A program made the translations under genes and the position numbers. The notes under the pieces are model-generated. The model was not told where the DNA came from and made no database searches. It was given only the letters and a program-made list of their open reading frames with translations. From contig JANNVX010000098.1 in assembly GCA_031414595.1 (NCBI GenBank), positions 1 to 64,000 of the forward strand: a stretch of 64,000 nt of DNA, written 5' to 3'. The DNA comes from Deinococcales bacterium. Its GTDB lineage: Bacteria; Deinococcota; Deinococci; Deinococcales; JAAFIG01. Below are positions 8,791-18,297 of this stretch, piece by piece; the first letter of the stretch is position 1; each line of letters opens with the position of its first letter.

Positions 8791-10965
8791 GAAATCGCGT
8801 AATTTTCGAGTACGCCCCTCACTATACTTCAGCTTACCTATTGCTTTTTTTTCGATTTGGCGGATACGCTCTCGAGTTACATTAAAATGCTGTCCTACTT
8901 CTTCTAATGTATACTCAAATCCGTCAATCATACCCATACGAAGTTTCAATACCATTGCATCCCGCTCAGGGATTCCCCTTAATGCAGTATTCAGACTTTC
9001 AGTAAGAGCATTACTCATGGCTATTTCAAGAGGTATTTCATTGTTTCCGAAATCCCAATTTGTATCATTTTGAAGTATCTCAAGTGAAAAAGGCTTTTGT
9101 GAAACTTCAAGTGTTTTTTCAACCTTGTCTATGTCCCAATCTAACCCCATTTCTTCTACAATCTCTGACACAGTAGGCTCTCGAGACAATTCTTGTTGTA
9201 ACTGTCGTACAGTACGATTGAGATTATTAATTGTTTCAACCTTGTGGACAGGGATACGAATAGTACGCGCTTGGTCGGCAATTGCACGGTTAATTGCTTG
9301 CCTTATCCACCATGTTGCATAAGTGCTAAATTTATGACCCCGTTCGTATTCAAATTTTTCTGTGGCAGTCATCAAACCTTGATTACCTACTTGGATTAAA
9401 TCCATAAAATCCATTCCGCGCCCGACAAAGCGTTTGGCAATACTGACTACTAAACGTAAGTTTGCTTCAATAAGATGCTGCTGTGCTGCTTGACCATCAC
9501 ATACAAAGGTTTTTAAGTTATATTTTTCTTTGGGGTCAGTTACTTCTAACTCAAGCCTTGCTTTTGCCTTTTGCCCCCGCTCAAATCGCATCGCCAACTC
9601 AGTTTCTTGTTTTCGAGTAAGTAAGGCTACTGAACCAACATCCCTCATGTATAAATCAAGCGGATTGACCAGAATTGGATCGGAAATACGGAGTTGTTGA
9701 ATTTTTTCTTCAATGTCTGAGTAATCATTCATTGATGGCTCATTCTCAAAATCTTCTTCGGTTGGTTCTGTCATCTCGAGTCCGAGACTAAAATCATCAT
9801 CTAACTCGAGAACATTCAAATCCGAGTTTATATCGTCAAAATCAATTTCGTCGTCGTCTAAATCCTCGATAAAAATGCTCTCAGATTGCAGGTACTGCAT
9901 CAGGTCATCGAACTCGTCGATTTCGTCTGGATTTAAGCCCAGTTCGCGCAACGCCTTACCAAGTGCATTGGCAGCATCGGCATTGTTCAGCATCCCATCT
10001 TTTTTGCCGCGTCTGACCAAATCTTTAATCGCATCAGTATCTACCCAAGCGCGTTTTTTGCCGCTTGGGACTTTACCCGCTTCAGATTTTTCTTGGTCTG
10101 ACTTGGCAGCAACTTTGGTGACTGGTTTGGCTTCAACATTTTCGTTATTTTCGATTTCTAAATCTAGGTCATGCCCATCTGATCTTTCTAAAGCAAGTTC
10201 TTCTGGTAATGAACTCTTAAAACCTGTTTCTTGTAATTTAATCAATTGCTCGGTAACAAACTGATTCTCTAAATACGAATAGCTCTCGAGTTGTGGTACT
10301 TGAGCGCGTAATGCCTCTCGAAGCTCAGTTTCTGACCAATTGGTACAACCAAAATACCAGCCTTGTGTGGTGTAGATATTCTCGAAAATTGGGTAGCAAT
10401 GAGCCAAATCATAGGCATCAATACGCAAAACTGCTGCCAAATCATCAAGTAAAATAAACTCTTTTTGATTGTTAAGATAAGTTCGGGCTTCCAGAATATG
10501 TAGACGGCTAGGTTCGTAAATAACCCAAGTATCATTTTCCAAAAGCTGTACTTTGACATTTTTATGATTTAGCAATGCCCATAAAGTTATTAAATCATTC
10601 CAATCATTAACGCTAGTATCTAAGAAATTTAGCCTGATGGTAGAAACTCCTGCACGATTCAAATCCGCACTTATGGATTCAAACAATAACCATCGGTGAG
10701 ATTGATTTATTAAAATAATTTTTGCCTCAGCCATATCATTCTTAACGACATTTTCAGCAACTCGAATACGTTGGACAGGCTTTTCGGCAGTATTGTCTAG
10801 CCATCGGCTTTCTACTAATTTTTTTACAAGAGTTACCGAAAAATCACCCAATACAGTGTCATATAAAATGTCAACATCAAGAGTCTTTACTTGCAATTGA
10901 AGTCTCTGAACAGAAAAAGACCATAATTGTGTACTGACCGTACTCAAGTAGGATTCTTGACTCAT
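8782..10965 (-). CDS. Divergent RpoD/SigA-like sigma-70 factor with long N-terminal extension
   Basis: Region 2 [14 protein letters not shown]...[30 protein letters not shown]; region 4.2 [20 protein letters not shown]; Thermus/Deinococcus-like tail [10 protein letters not shown]; about 300 aa precede region 1.1. Confidence 0.88.
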   Translation of the reverse strand: MSQESYLSTVSTQLWSFSVQRLQLQVKTLDVDILYDTVLGDFSVTLVKKLVESRWLDNTAEKPVQRIRVAENVVKNDMAEAKIILINQSHRWLLFESISADLNRAGVSTIRLNFLDTSVNDWNDLITLWALLNHKNVKVQLLENDTWVIYEPSRLHILEARTYLNNQKEFILLDDLAAVLRIDAYDLAHCYPIFENIYTTQGWYFGCTNWSETELREALRAQVPQLESYSYLENQFVTEQLIKLQETGFKSSLPEELALERSDGHDLDLEIENNENVEAKPVTKVAAKSDQEKSEAGKVPSGKKRAWVDTDAIKDLVRRGKKDGMLNNADAANALGKALRELGLNPDEIDEFDDLMQYLQSESIFIEDLDDDEIDFDDINSDLNVLELDDDFSLGLEMTEPTEEDFENEPSMNDYSDIEEKIQQLRISDPILVNPLDLYMRDVGSVALLTRKQETELAMRFERGQKAKARLELEVTDPKEKYNLKTFVCDGQAAQQHLIEANLRLVVSIAKRFVGRGMDFMDLIQVGNQGLMTATEKFEYERGHKFSTYATWWIRQAINRAIADQARTIRIPVHKVETINNLNRTVRQLQQELSREPTVSEIVEEMGLDWDIDKVEKTLEVSQKPFSLEILQNDTNWDFGNNEIPLEIAMSNALTESLNTALRGIPERDAMVLKLRMGMIDGFEYTLEEVGQHFNVTRERIRQIEKKAIGKLKYSEGRTRKLRDFLD

Positions 10966-11092
10966 ATATTTACTTGTGTAAAATTATAACAGGTCAATGT
11001 CGCTCTTTCGTCGCACATAGTATAAATTGCAATTTATTAATAAATTATATGCTATCAAGTAACTCATATTTTCTAGCAACATTTAGCTAGGT

Positions 11093-11635
11093 TTAGAACT
11101 CGAGTCCATCGTAAACTTGTGCGAGCGTTAAAGTTGCCCCAATACAAGGAATGTCAATTTCACCATTTTCTTCAAGAGTTTCTACTATCCAAACTTCACC
11201 TTGGCGTTTATAAACCACGACCAGCTTCGTGTGCTGCTCAACCAAAACATACCGTTCTACACTTGGTATTCGGGTATACTCACTGAGTTTTTTGTGACTG
11301 TCGGTATCGGCAGTGCTTGCCGAAATCACCTCGAGCAGAAAACAGGGGGCATCCTCGAGTCGAGGGTCATTGTTATCAAGGCAGTTAATCATAATGTCCG
11401 GGTAGCGATAACGGGTACTCGAGACATGCAACTGTATGGTTTTAGTCTGAAAGCGGCAGCCCTTGGCTCTGGTCAGTGGGGCTAAAGCAAGGGTGATGTT
11501 CAAAACAATTTCTTCATGGCGTTTACTTTCCCCTGCCATGGCGTGGAGTTCGCCATCCACATATTCATGGCGAATTTCAGCGTATTGTTCTTGTTCTAAG
11601 TATGTTTCTACGGTCTGGTTCTCGAGGACAGTCAT
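11093..11635 (-). CDS. Uma2 (DUF820) family endonuclease
   Basis: RHEYVDGELHAMAG, YRYPDIM, LLEVISAST and K..EY..IPS...YVLV. Leaderless TAGACT 6 nt upstream. Confidence 0.9.
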   Translation of the reverse strand: MTVLENQTVETYLEQEQYAEIRHEYVDGELHAMAGESKRHEEIVLNITLALAPLTRAKGCRFQTKTIQLHVSSTRYRYPDIMINCLDNNDPRLEDAPCFLLEVISASTADTDSHKKLSEYTRIPSVERYVLVEQHTKLVVVYKRQGEVWIVETLEENGEIDIPCIGATLTLAQVYDGLEF

Positions 11636-11665
11636 AGAATAAGTCTAGCAGAATTTTCAAACCAT

Positions 11666-11695
11666 AAAAAAGCGCGAAGATAAAACTCTTCGCGC
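11666..11695 (-). terminator. Intrinsic terminator of rpsA
   Basis: GCGCGAAGA/TCTTCGCGC stem followed by a T-run on the minus strand. Confidence 0.8.
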
Positions 11696-11710
11696 CTTTC
11701 TTTACAAAAT

Positions 11711-13366
11711 TTACTCGCCTGTCTTATCGTCTTTTTTGCCACCCAAGCCAAATTGGGCAAACAAGTCAGCATAGACATCACCAAGTTTAGTGGTGACTTT
11801 ACCGCCACCGGCATCGGCGTTGGCAAGGTTGCTCGAGTTGCTGCTGTAGTCGTAATCAAAATCACGCTTTTTGCCGCCACGGGCGCTGCCAAAGTTATTG
11901 GATTTATTGCGTTGTTGTTGTTGGTCTGGTGCGCTGCTTCCAACTGGGGCATTGTTTGCGCCAGGTAGAGCGCGTTTACGGCTTAAGCTGGCGCGTTGGT
12001 CCACTGGGTCTATGTTCAAGACCACAGCTTCTACTTCGTCGCCTTTTTTGAACAGTTCAGAAGCATTGGTGACGCGCTCATTGGCAAGTTCAGAAATGTG
12101 GATTAAGCCTTCAATGCCATCTTCAATTTCGATAAACACACCAAAATCGGTTAAGCCCGTGACCTTACCTTTGACTGGTGTCCCCGGTGGGTACTTGGCT
12201 GGTAAGGCACTCCAAGGGTCTGGGGTGGTTTGACGCATACCAAGGCTAATGCGGCGGTCTTTGGTATCCATGCGTAAGACAACAGCTTCTACTTCGTCGC
12301 CTTCTTTGAGGACTTCGTTTGGATGACGAACTCGTTTTGTCCAGCTAAGCTCAGAGACATGAATCAGTCCCTCGAGACCAGATTCAAGTTCAACAAAAGC
12401 ACCAAAATTGGTCAGGTTGGTGACTTTGCCGCTAACCCGTTGTCCAATCGTGAATTTTTCCATGGCGGCAGTCCACGGGTCTTGCATCAGGGCTTTCATG
12501 GATAAGTTAATGCGGTCACGGTCGTTGTCTACGTCCATGACTTGAACTTTAACGGCTTCGCCGAGTTTAACCACTTCTTTTGGGTGTCCAAAACGAGCAA
12601 AAGTCAGTTCTGAACGGTGAACCAAGCCGTCTACGCCACCCAAGGAAACAAACACACCAAAGTCGGTGATTTCAACAACTTTGCCCTCGAGAATGCTGCC
12701 AGGAGCAAGGCGTTCGATGGTCTCGAGTTTGGCTTTGTTCTTTTGTTCTTCGATGATCGCACGGCGTGAAATAATCACGCGGTTACGCTTACGGTTCAAT
12801 TCAATTAAACGAACTTCAAGTGGTTGATTGACAAATGGGGTCAGGTCGTTAATGCGGCGCACATCGAGTTGACTGGCGGGCAAGAATGCACGCACCCCTT
12901 CGATATTGGCAACCAAACCGCCCTTGACCTGTTCTTCGATATGCACCGTGATGCTGATTGCATCTTTTACGGCTTGCTCGAGTTTGCGCCAGCCACGGTC
13001 TTGCTCTGCCCGTTTTTTGCTGAGGATAATCACACCATTGGCAATGTCGCTGCGGACAACATAGGCATCTAACTTATCGCCTGGTTTGAATTGCTCTTGG
13101 GCTTGTTCTAAGGTTAAAGCATCTTCGGACAATTGATTGAGCGGAATGATTCCTTCAATTTTTGCACCGACATCTACGCTAACGCCTTCGCTGCCAACAA
13201 AGACCACTGTTCCGGCAACCACATCGCCTCGGTTCAGTTCTGAAACGCGATTTTCTTCTGAAGCAATCACGTCCTCCATGGTCATGGCTGGGTATTCTTC
13301 TGCTGCTTGTACTACTGGTATAATTGGGGCTGCTTCTGCAACCACGTTGTGAGCCGTGTCTTCCAT
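11711..13366 (-). CDS. rpsA: 30S ribosomal protein S1
   Basis: Five S1 repeats ([14 protein letters not shown]...[29 protein letters not shown]); GGAGG SD upstream. Confidence 0.96.
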   Translation of the reverse strand: MEDTAHNVVAEAAPIIPVVQAAEEYPAMTMEDVIASEENRVSELNRGDVVAGTVVFVGSEGVSVDVGAKIEGIIPLNQLSEDALTLEQAQEQFKPGDKLDAYVVRSDIANGVIILSKKRAEQDRGWRKLEQAVKDAISITVHIEEQVKGGLVANIEGVRAFLPASQLDVRRINDLTPFVNQPLEVRLIELNRKRNRVIISRRAIIEEQKNKAKLETIERLAPGSILEGKVVEITDFGVFVSLGGVDGLVHRSELTFARFGHPKEVVKLGEAVKVQVMDVDNDRDRINLSMKALMQDPWTAAMEKFTIGQRVSGKVTNLTNFGAFVELESGLEGLIHVSELSWTKRVRHPNEVLKEGDEVEAVVLRMDTKDRRISLGMRQTTPDPWSALPAKYPPGTPVKGKVTGLTDFGVFIEIEDGIEGLIHISELANERVTNASELFKKGDEVEAVVLNIDPVDQRASLSRKRALPGANNAPVGSSAPDQQQQRNKSNNFGSARGGKKRDFDYDYSSNSSNLANADAGGGKVTTKLGDVYADLFAQFGLGGKKDDKTGE

Positions 13367-13520
13367 TGACGAATTCCTCCTAAGGATTCATGGCACTCCC
13401 TCAGAGGTTTCTGTAGAGAACGCAACCTTCTTAGTCTACTGTAAGGCGGCAATGTTGTAAAGGGCAAAAATCATGTATGGGACTCATCTGCATGGCAGCG
13501 CTTCTGGGTCGGGAATATTC

Positions 13521-13550
13521 AAAAAAAAGATGGGAACCCCATCTTTTTTT
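13521..13550. terminator. Intrinsic terminator (symmetric A/T tails)
   Basis: A8-GATGGG-aac-CCCATC-T7, immediately after the stop at 13554. Confidence 0.8.
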
Positions 13551-13553
13551 ACT

Positions 13554-14471
13554 CTATCGCAGCAACTTGGTAAATTCATTTAACAATAATGGCTCTGAAA
13601 TCGGACCGATAATCAAACTATCTGGGCGTAAATCGTAACGTACCACTCGAGCAATACTGCTTTTTTTCAGCAAGCTCATGATTTTATCGCGGCGGGTGCT
13701 TGGCGTGTTGGCGCTGAATAAAACCAACCCAATATTGGCGCGTTGTAGTGGCAGCGACTCGAGTGAAATCAGGTCAAGGTTAGAATTCTTAGTCGTACCA
13801 ACCACCTCAAAGCCCAAGCTCGTCAGTTGTTGTCCAGCGTCGGATTGTAGACCTGCACGAAATACGGCAGCATTGGTGACAAGAAAGATATTCATGCGTT
13901 TGCCCTTTGCCAAAACCCCCTGTAGCAATGTCTTGTTGATGCTGGCGGTACGATTTAAGTTGCGTTTGACTTCAGTCGCTTGCCGTTGCCGACTTGTGGC
14001 AAGCGCCACTGCTTCAAGCGCACGGTTAGCAGCCCCAACTTTCGAGAAGTTAAAAGCGATGATTGGTGCAATGTCATCCAGAGTCTGAAAGAGGTCATTA
14101 GAACGTGCGTCATAAACAATCAAATCGGGCTTTAGGGATGTGATCATCTCAAATGAAGGTTTAGTGGAAGAGCCAACAAAGACTGGTTGCCCTTTGGTGT
14201 ATTTAGCATAGATTAGGGGATACTTGACTTGTTGACCAACTTCTGAATTTTCTGGAACATAGGGCGACACAGCCCCGTAACCGACTGGCTGTATTCCCAG
14301 CACCAAAGCCACCTCCAATGCAGTTGGTCCAAGCACCAAAATCCGTTTGGGACGACTTAAAATACGCGTTTCGCCAATTTCATGCTTAACCACAACAGGA
14401 AATCCAGACTGCGCTACTACCACAACACAAACGGCTAAACTTGAAATGGCTACCAGTGTGAAAAATTTCAT
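13554..14471 (-). CDS. Iron-siderophore-type ABC transporter substrate-binding protein
   Basis: Signal peptide MKFFTLVAISS; FPVVVKHEIGET...PKRILVLG, LGIQPVG and PSFEMITSLKPDLIV. The real start is likely ATG 14471 (TATAGT 7 nt upstream), not 15017. Confidence 0.85.
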   Translation of the reverse strand: MKFFTLVAISSLAVCVVVVAQSGFPVVVKHEIGETRILSRPKRILVLGPTALEVALVLGIQPVGYGAVSPYVPENSEVGQQVKYPLIYAKYTKGQPVFVGSSTKPSFEMITSLKPDLIVYDARSNDLFQTLDDIAPIIAFNFSKVGAANRALEAVALATSRQRQATEVKRNLNRTASINKTLLQGVLAKGKRMNIFLVTNAAVFRAGLQSDAGQQLTSLGFEVVGTTKNSNLDLISLESLPLQRANIGLVLFSANTPSTRRDKIMSLLKKSSIARVVRYDLRPDSLIIGPISEPLLLNEFTKLLR

Positions 14472-14529
14472 ATTTGACACTATACTCCGTGTTTCCGCTA
14501 CCCTTGCTGGGCATGAACCAACCCAGTCA

Positions 14530-14621
14530 CACCAAACTCGAGAACTCCATCTTGCAAACCTCTCCAATACCCAGAGTAAAAAATAGGTTGCTCCTATTCT
14601 CGAGCGGCGATAATTAGACAT
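14530..14621 (-). pseudogene. Possible remnant of a REP-associated tyrosine transposase (RAYT)
   Basis: The ATG at 14621 reads MSNYRRSRIGATYF, then FTL after one frameshift, like typical RAYT N-termini. An adjacent hairpin has a GTAC foot. Confidence 0.45.
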
Positions 14622-14645
14622 GGTGTAGTTTAGCGGGTGTGGTTG

Positions 14646-14669
14646 GTGTGGGTAAAGCCCACACTGTAC
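14646..14669 (-). repeat. REP-like hairpin GTAC-A-GTGTGGG-cttta-CCCACAC
   Basis: 7-bp stem with a GTAC tetranucleotide at its foot, upstream of the RAYT-like fragment. Confidence 0.5.
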
Positions 14670-14688
14670 GGCAGCGCTTATGGGTCGA

Positions 14689-14739
14689 GAATAATGAACC
14701 ATGCAGCATTGGGAATAATGAACCATGCAGCATTGGGAA
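14689..14739 (+). repeat. Perfect 24-bp tandem duplication GAATAATGAACCATGCAGCATTGG
   Basis: Copies at 14689 and 14713, plus a partial third. Confidence 0.9.
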
Positions 14740-14843
14740 CACAAACCATTGCCAGAGCCAAGTTGATATGATACACTCCCCAAGTTTGACCCCTTCGAGG
14801 GTATTTTATTGACCCAAAAACGGGTTCTTAGTGAGGAAGTATT

Positions 14844-15083
14844 ATGGCAAAGACTTGTGCAATCAGTGGTAAATCGAGCATCGTTATTAACTCCGTAACC
14901 CGTCGCGGTAAAGCCAAAGCCCAAGGCGGTGTCGGTAAGAAAACCACTGGCATTTCTAAGGTGCGTAAGTACGCTAATCTGCAAAAGAAAGTGGTTATGG
15001 TGGGTGGCGAAAAACAAACCATGTGGCTTTCAACCCGTGCGATGCGTAAGCTGCCTACCAATTGGATGGTTGTTGGTAAGTAA
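14844..15083 (+). CDS. rpmB: 50S ribosomal protein L28
   Basis: MAKTCAISGK...RRGKAKAQGGVGKKTTGISK...ANLQ; GAGG SD upstream. Confidence 0.95.
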   Translation: MAKTCAISGKSSIVINSVTRRGKAKAQGGVGKKTTGISKVRKYANLQKKVVMVGGEKQTMWLSTRAMRKLPTNWMVVGK

Positions 15084-15096
15084 ATCTCGAGCCAAG

Positions 15097-15128
15097 AAAG
15101 ACGAGGCATTCAAGCCTCGTTTTTGTTT
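15097..15128. terminator. Intrinsic terminator between convergent genes
   Basis: ACGAGGC/GCCTCGT stem plus T-run. Confidence 0.75.
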
Positions 15129-15834
15129 ATGGGGTTCGCTGCGTGGGCGTTGAATTATTACGCAAACGACGGGTTGGGGTGCTTGGTTTATTCTTATCTT
15201 CTTCAGTTACTACAGGTTCGGGTGGCGGCGGTGGGGCAGGCACTGGAATAATTCGCACGGCTTCGTTGCCAACCCCATCCAATGCCCTGACGCTGATGGT
15301 TCTTGCCCTCGAGCGGCGCACCACTCGGTAAAATTGGACTTCTGAACCGGGCGAGACATTCATTGGTTCGCCGTTCATAAAAACGGTTTGCACTTTGCGG
15401 TTGTCTCTGGCTTCACCACGAATAATAATTGAATCTATTTGTGATTCTACCGCCTGAATTTCAATGATTGGTTTTTTGGTGTCCACAGTCACCGAAATGG
15501 CTCGAGTACCGGCGTTGCGCGAAGCATCTACCGCCCGAAGTTCGTATTTTAGTGCATTGTTTTCGATTTTATTAGCCGCAAACTTAAAACGCACAATTTT
15601 ACGTCCGTACTGATTGGCAAATTCGCCTTTGGCGAGTAAATCGGTTTTGCCGTTGATTGTCAGTTTAATAATGCCTTTGTCATCCCAAGCATAGCCTTCG
15701 ATGGTGACACTCGAGTTTGGCGTAATGTCTGATTTGGGGCGTACAATCACAATTTGCGGTGCAAATTGGTCGAGTTCTCGAGAACACCCAATTAGGGTGA
15801 ATGAGAGGAGTAATAATGCCAGTAGGTAACGCAC
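15127..15834 (-). CDS. Lipoprotein with two Ig-like beta domains
   Basis: Lipobox LIGC; repeated G.A.D...I..L.ING and RA.D..(G/R)N patterns; Pro-rich tail. GTG start at 15834 with TAAACT 6 nt upstream. Confidence 0.75.
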   Translation of the reverse strand: MRYLLALLLLSFTLIGCSRELDQFAPQIVIVRPKSDITPNSSVTIEGYAWDDKGIIKLTINGKTDLLAKGEFANQYGRKIVRFKFAANKIENNALKYELRAVDASRNAGTRAISVTVDTKKPIIEIQAVESQIDSIIIRGEARDNRKVQTVFMNGEPMNVSPGSEVQFYRVVRRSRARTISVRALDGVGNEAVRIIPVPAPPPPPEPVVTEEDKNKPSTPTRRLRNNSTPTQRTP

Positions 15835-15868
15835 ACCCAAAGTTTAGCAACAAAGCATGAGATGTGGC

Positions 15869-15928
15869 TCACAAATCAGCTTGACTCGAGTAATCACAAA
15901 TCAGCTTGACTCGAGTCATCACAAATCA
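15869..15928. repeat. 25-bp tandem repeat TCACAAATCAGCTTGACTCGAGT(A/C)A, about 2.4 copies
   Basis: Copies at 15869, 15894 and partial 15919. It reiterates the MFS stop-codon region and contains the palindrome TGACTCGAGTCA. Confidence 0.9.
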
Positions 15929-17205
15929 CGGCGCAAACGAGCCGCCGCCATAAAGGTACAAGCATAGAGCGTGGCACTGACGATAAAAACAGGCAAGTAA
16001 CTTAAACGGTCTGCCATCCAACCGCCAATAATCGGCGTAAAGACGGCAATACCAACCAAGGTGTTACTTGTGCCAATCCATTTGCCGCGAAGTTCAGGTG
16101 GGGCTAAAGATAGAATATAATTGGCATTACCAAGCATGATGCCGGTATTCCCAACCGCTTGACAAATAAAAACCAGTGCAAAGAAAATCCCAGCCCCTTT
16201 TGGCATCATAAAGGCTAAAAGCGGCGCAGCTAAACTAAACCCAAGGGCAATCCGAATGATTCGTCTCGAGCCGTACTGCCTTGCGACCCGTGTCCAAATG
16301 GTATTTGATAGCGGGGCGATAATCCCCACGGCGATTAGGAATGTACCGATAGCTTCTTTACCGACCACCACATTTCTAAGGGCATGAGCCGTAAAAAACG
16401 CATCGCCAATTGTGGCGGTAGCAAATAAAACGCGGTATAAGACAAAAGAACGAAAATCTGGGCTTGAAGCGAGGGTTTGTGGAATTGCCAGTAAATCATC
16501 CCAGATATTGGTGGCTTTGGGTTGCACAGGGTTGTCTGGTGGTTCGTCGGACAAGCCAAAAAAGTAATAACCAAAACTAAAGGTAATCCCGCCCAAAGCA
16601 AAAATTAGGGTGTAATCCCACGGAAAAACCAGACTCGAGCCGAGGATGGCTCGGATGATAAAGCCCGCCCCTAAAGCCAGTAAACCGCCCCATAGGTTAC
16701 GAGTCCCAAAGAATCTTGGGCGGTCTTTAGCGGGAATGGTTTTTCCGACACTCTCGAGCCACGGTAAGCCGCTCACCCCACTGGCTAGGCTGTTGGCGAT
16801 TAAAGCCAGTAAAAAGGCTACAAGCAAGAACTGCGGCATCGAAGCAAAAACAATCGTAGATAAAACAATCGTAGCCAAGGCTGTCGAGCGAACCAAACTG
16901 GCTGCACGGTAGACATCTACTTTTTTGGGAATATGGCGCACCGCCGCACTGACAAAGATTTGCGGTAGTAACCACCCACCCACGGCAATGGCGGGCAGCA
17001 AACCAATCACCCAATTGGGCGCAGCTAAAGCAGCCGCAAAACTGGTCAGGACAATTCCGGGGTTTAAGAAACTGTCGCCCATCGAGCAGAACCAGCCGTT
17101 TAAGACCCCAGCCGCATAAGAACGCGACCACAAAAAACGTTTCTCTAAGCCTTGCAGTACAGGTTCAAAGACACCCGCAGGTGGTCTGGAGGAAGAATCA
17201 GACAC
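15919..17205 (-). CDS. MFS transporter
   Basis: About 12 hydrophobic segments; GKTIPAKDRPRFFG and APPELRGKWIG MFS-type loops. Leaderless TATGCT 6 nt before GTG. Confidence 0.85.
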   Translation of the reverse strand: MSDSSSRPPAGVFEPVLQGLEKRFLWSRSYAAGVLNGWFCSMGDSFLNPGIVLTSFAAALAAPNWVIGLLPAIAVGGWLLPQIFVSAAVRHIPKKVDVYRAASLVRSTALATIVLSTIVFASMPQFLLVAFLLALIANSLASGVSGLPWLESVGKTIPAKDRPRFFGTRNLWGGLLALGAGFIIRAILGSSLVFPWDYTLIFALGGITFSFGYYFFGLSDEPPDNPVQPKATNIWDDLLAIPQTLASSPDFRSFVLYRVLFATATIGDAFFTAHALRNVVVGKEAIGTFLIAVGIIAPLSNTIWTRVARQYGSRRIIRIALGFSLAAPLLAFMMPKGAGIFFALVFICQAVGNTGIMLGNANYILSLAPPELRGKWIGTSNTLVGIAVFTPIIGGWMADRLSYLPVFIVSATLYACTFMAAARLRRDL

Positions 17206-17290
17206 CCCAAAAGCATACGCCCAATATGGCTACTACTGCTTGGGTAACAAGCTGCTACCTGCTTGGGTGACAAAAACGGTAGAATCAAAA

Positions 17291-17845
17291 ATGATGAAAG
17301 AAGATTACACAACCGAACTCGAGCAAGGTGTGACTCCAACCAGACTCGCAGAAATCGCAGGCACAACCGCCAGTGCAGTCCGCACGTTTGAGCAATTGGG
17401 GCTGCTCGAGCCGCAAATAGTCGAGAGCAAAAAAAGATTTGATGCCTTTGCCTTAGAACGCTTAGAGCAAATTCTCACCCTGCAAACCGAAGGCTTAAAA
17501 CTCGATGCGATTCTCAAACGATTTGGCGTAGACCCAAAAACAGCCGCCGATAAAATGCGGGCAGAACTCGAGGCACTAAAAGCCAATCTCGATGCCAGTC
17601 GCGCCAAAATCCAAGAACTCAGTCAGCAATCACGGGCAGTCACCCGAGCCAATGAGTTTTTGATGACCAAAAAAGAACTTGCCGAACTCGAGCAGTTGCG
17701 CCAAAGCAATTTACGCCGAGCGCTGCTAGTCGAGCAAAAAGCCAAAGCCATTAAAATGCAGCTTGAGTACCGCAATGCCAGCATGAGTATTACTCGAGTG
17801 GATTTGCCCCAAGCCAAACGCAAACCCAAGCAGCGCCTAAATTAA
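17291..17845 (+). CDS. MerR-family HTH protein with long coiled coil
   Basis: TPTRLAEIAGTTASAVRTFEQLGLLEP...I..LQTEGLKLDAI, followed by a heptad-rich C-terminus. Confidence 0.75.
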   Translation: MMKEDYTTELEQGVTPTRLAEIAGTTASAVRTFEQLGLLEPQIVESKKRFDAFALERLEQILTLQTEGLKLDAILKRFGVDPKTAADKMRAELEALKANLDASRAKIQELSQQSRAVTRANEFLMTKKELAELEQLRQSNLRRALLVEQKAKAIKMQLEYRNASMSITRVDLPQAKRKPKQRLN

Positions 17846-17881
17846 CCCGTAGACTGTCCCTAGGGCGTGTATACTTAAGAC

Positions 17882-18295
17882 GTGCTTGCCCTGATTTGCC
17901 GAACCGACAAAGCCCGTTTTGTGCTGTCCGCCGAACACGTCTCGAGAATCCTGACGGCTGCCACTTGGTTGCCCATCGAGGGCTTATCTGGCGGTATAGT
18001 TGGTGTGCTGAATGTGGCAGGGGCAAATTTGGCGGTGGTTGACCCGCGTGGGCGTTTGGCTCAAGCCCCCGTTGTGCTTAGTTTGGAGCATCATTTTGTT
18101 GAAATAACCCACCCTAGGCGGTTTCTACTGTGGGTGGATGCGGTCGAAGAATCGCTTGAAATTGCGGCTTCACAAATCGAAAAAATCAATACCAGTGCTG
18201 GCTCGGTAGCTTCACAATTGGTACGTTTTGCCGATGAAACCTTGCCGTTAATCAGCCCAGAGGTTTTTGACCCTGGCGAGCTAATTCGGGCTTAA
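17882..18295 (+). CDS. cheW: CheW-like coupling protein
   Basis: GIVGVLNVAG..LAVVD.RGRL and LLWVDAVEE motifs. Leaderless TATACT 6 nt before GTG. Confidence 0.8.
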   Translation: MLALICRTDKARFVLSAEHVSRILTAATWLPIEGLSGGIVGVLNVAGANLAVVDPRGRLAQAPVVLSLEHHFVEITHPRRFLLWVDAVEESLEIAASQIEKINTSAGSVASQLVRFADETLPLISPEVFDPGELIRA

Positions 18296-18297
18296 CA

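Noticed and set aside
14472-15017. N-terminal 182 aa of the 487-aa minus-strand ORF
   Set aside because: It overlaps rpmB antisense and runs through a tandem repeat. The signal peptide and -10 box place the real start at 14471.
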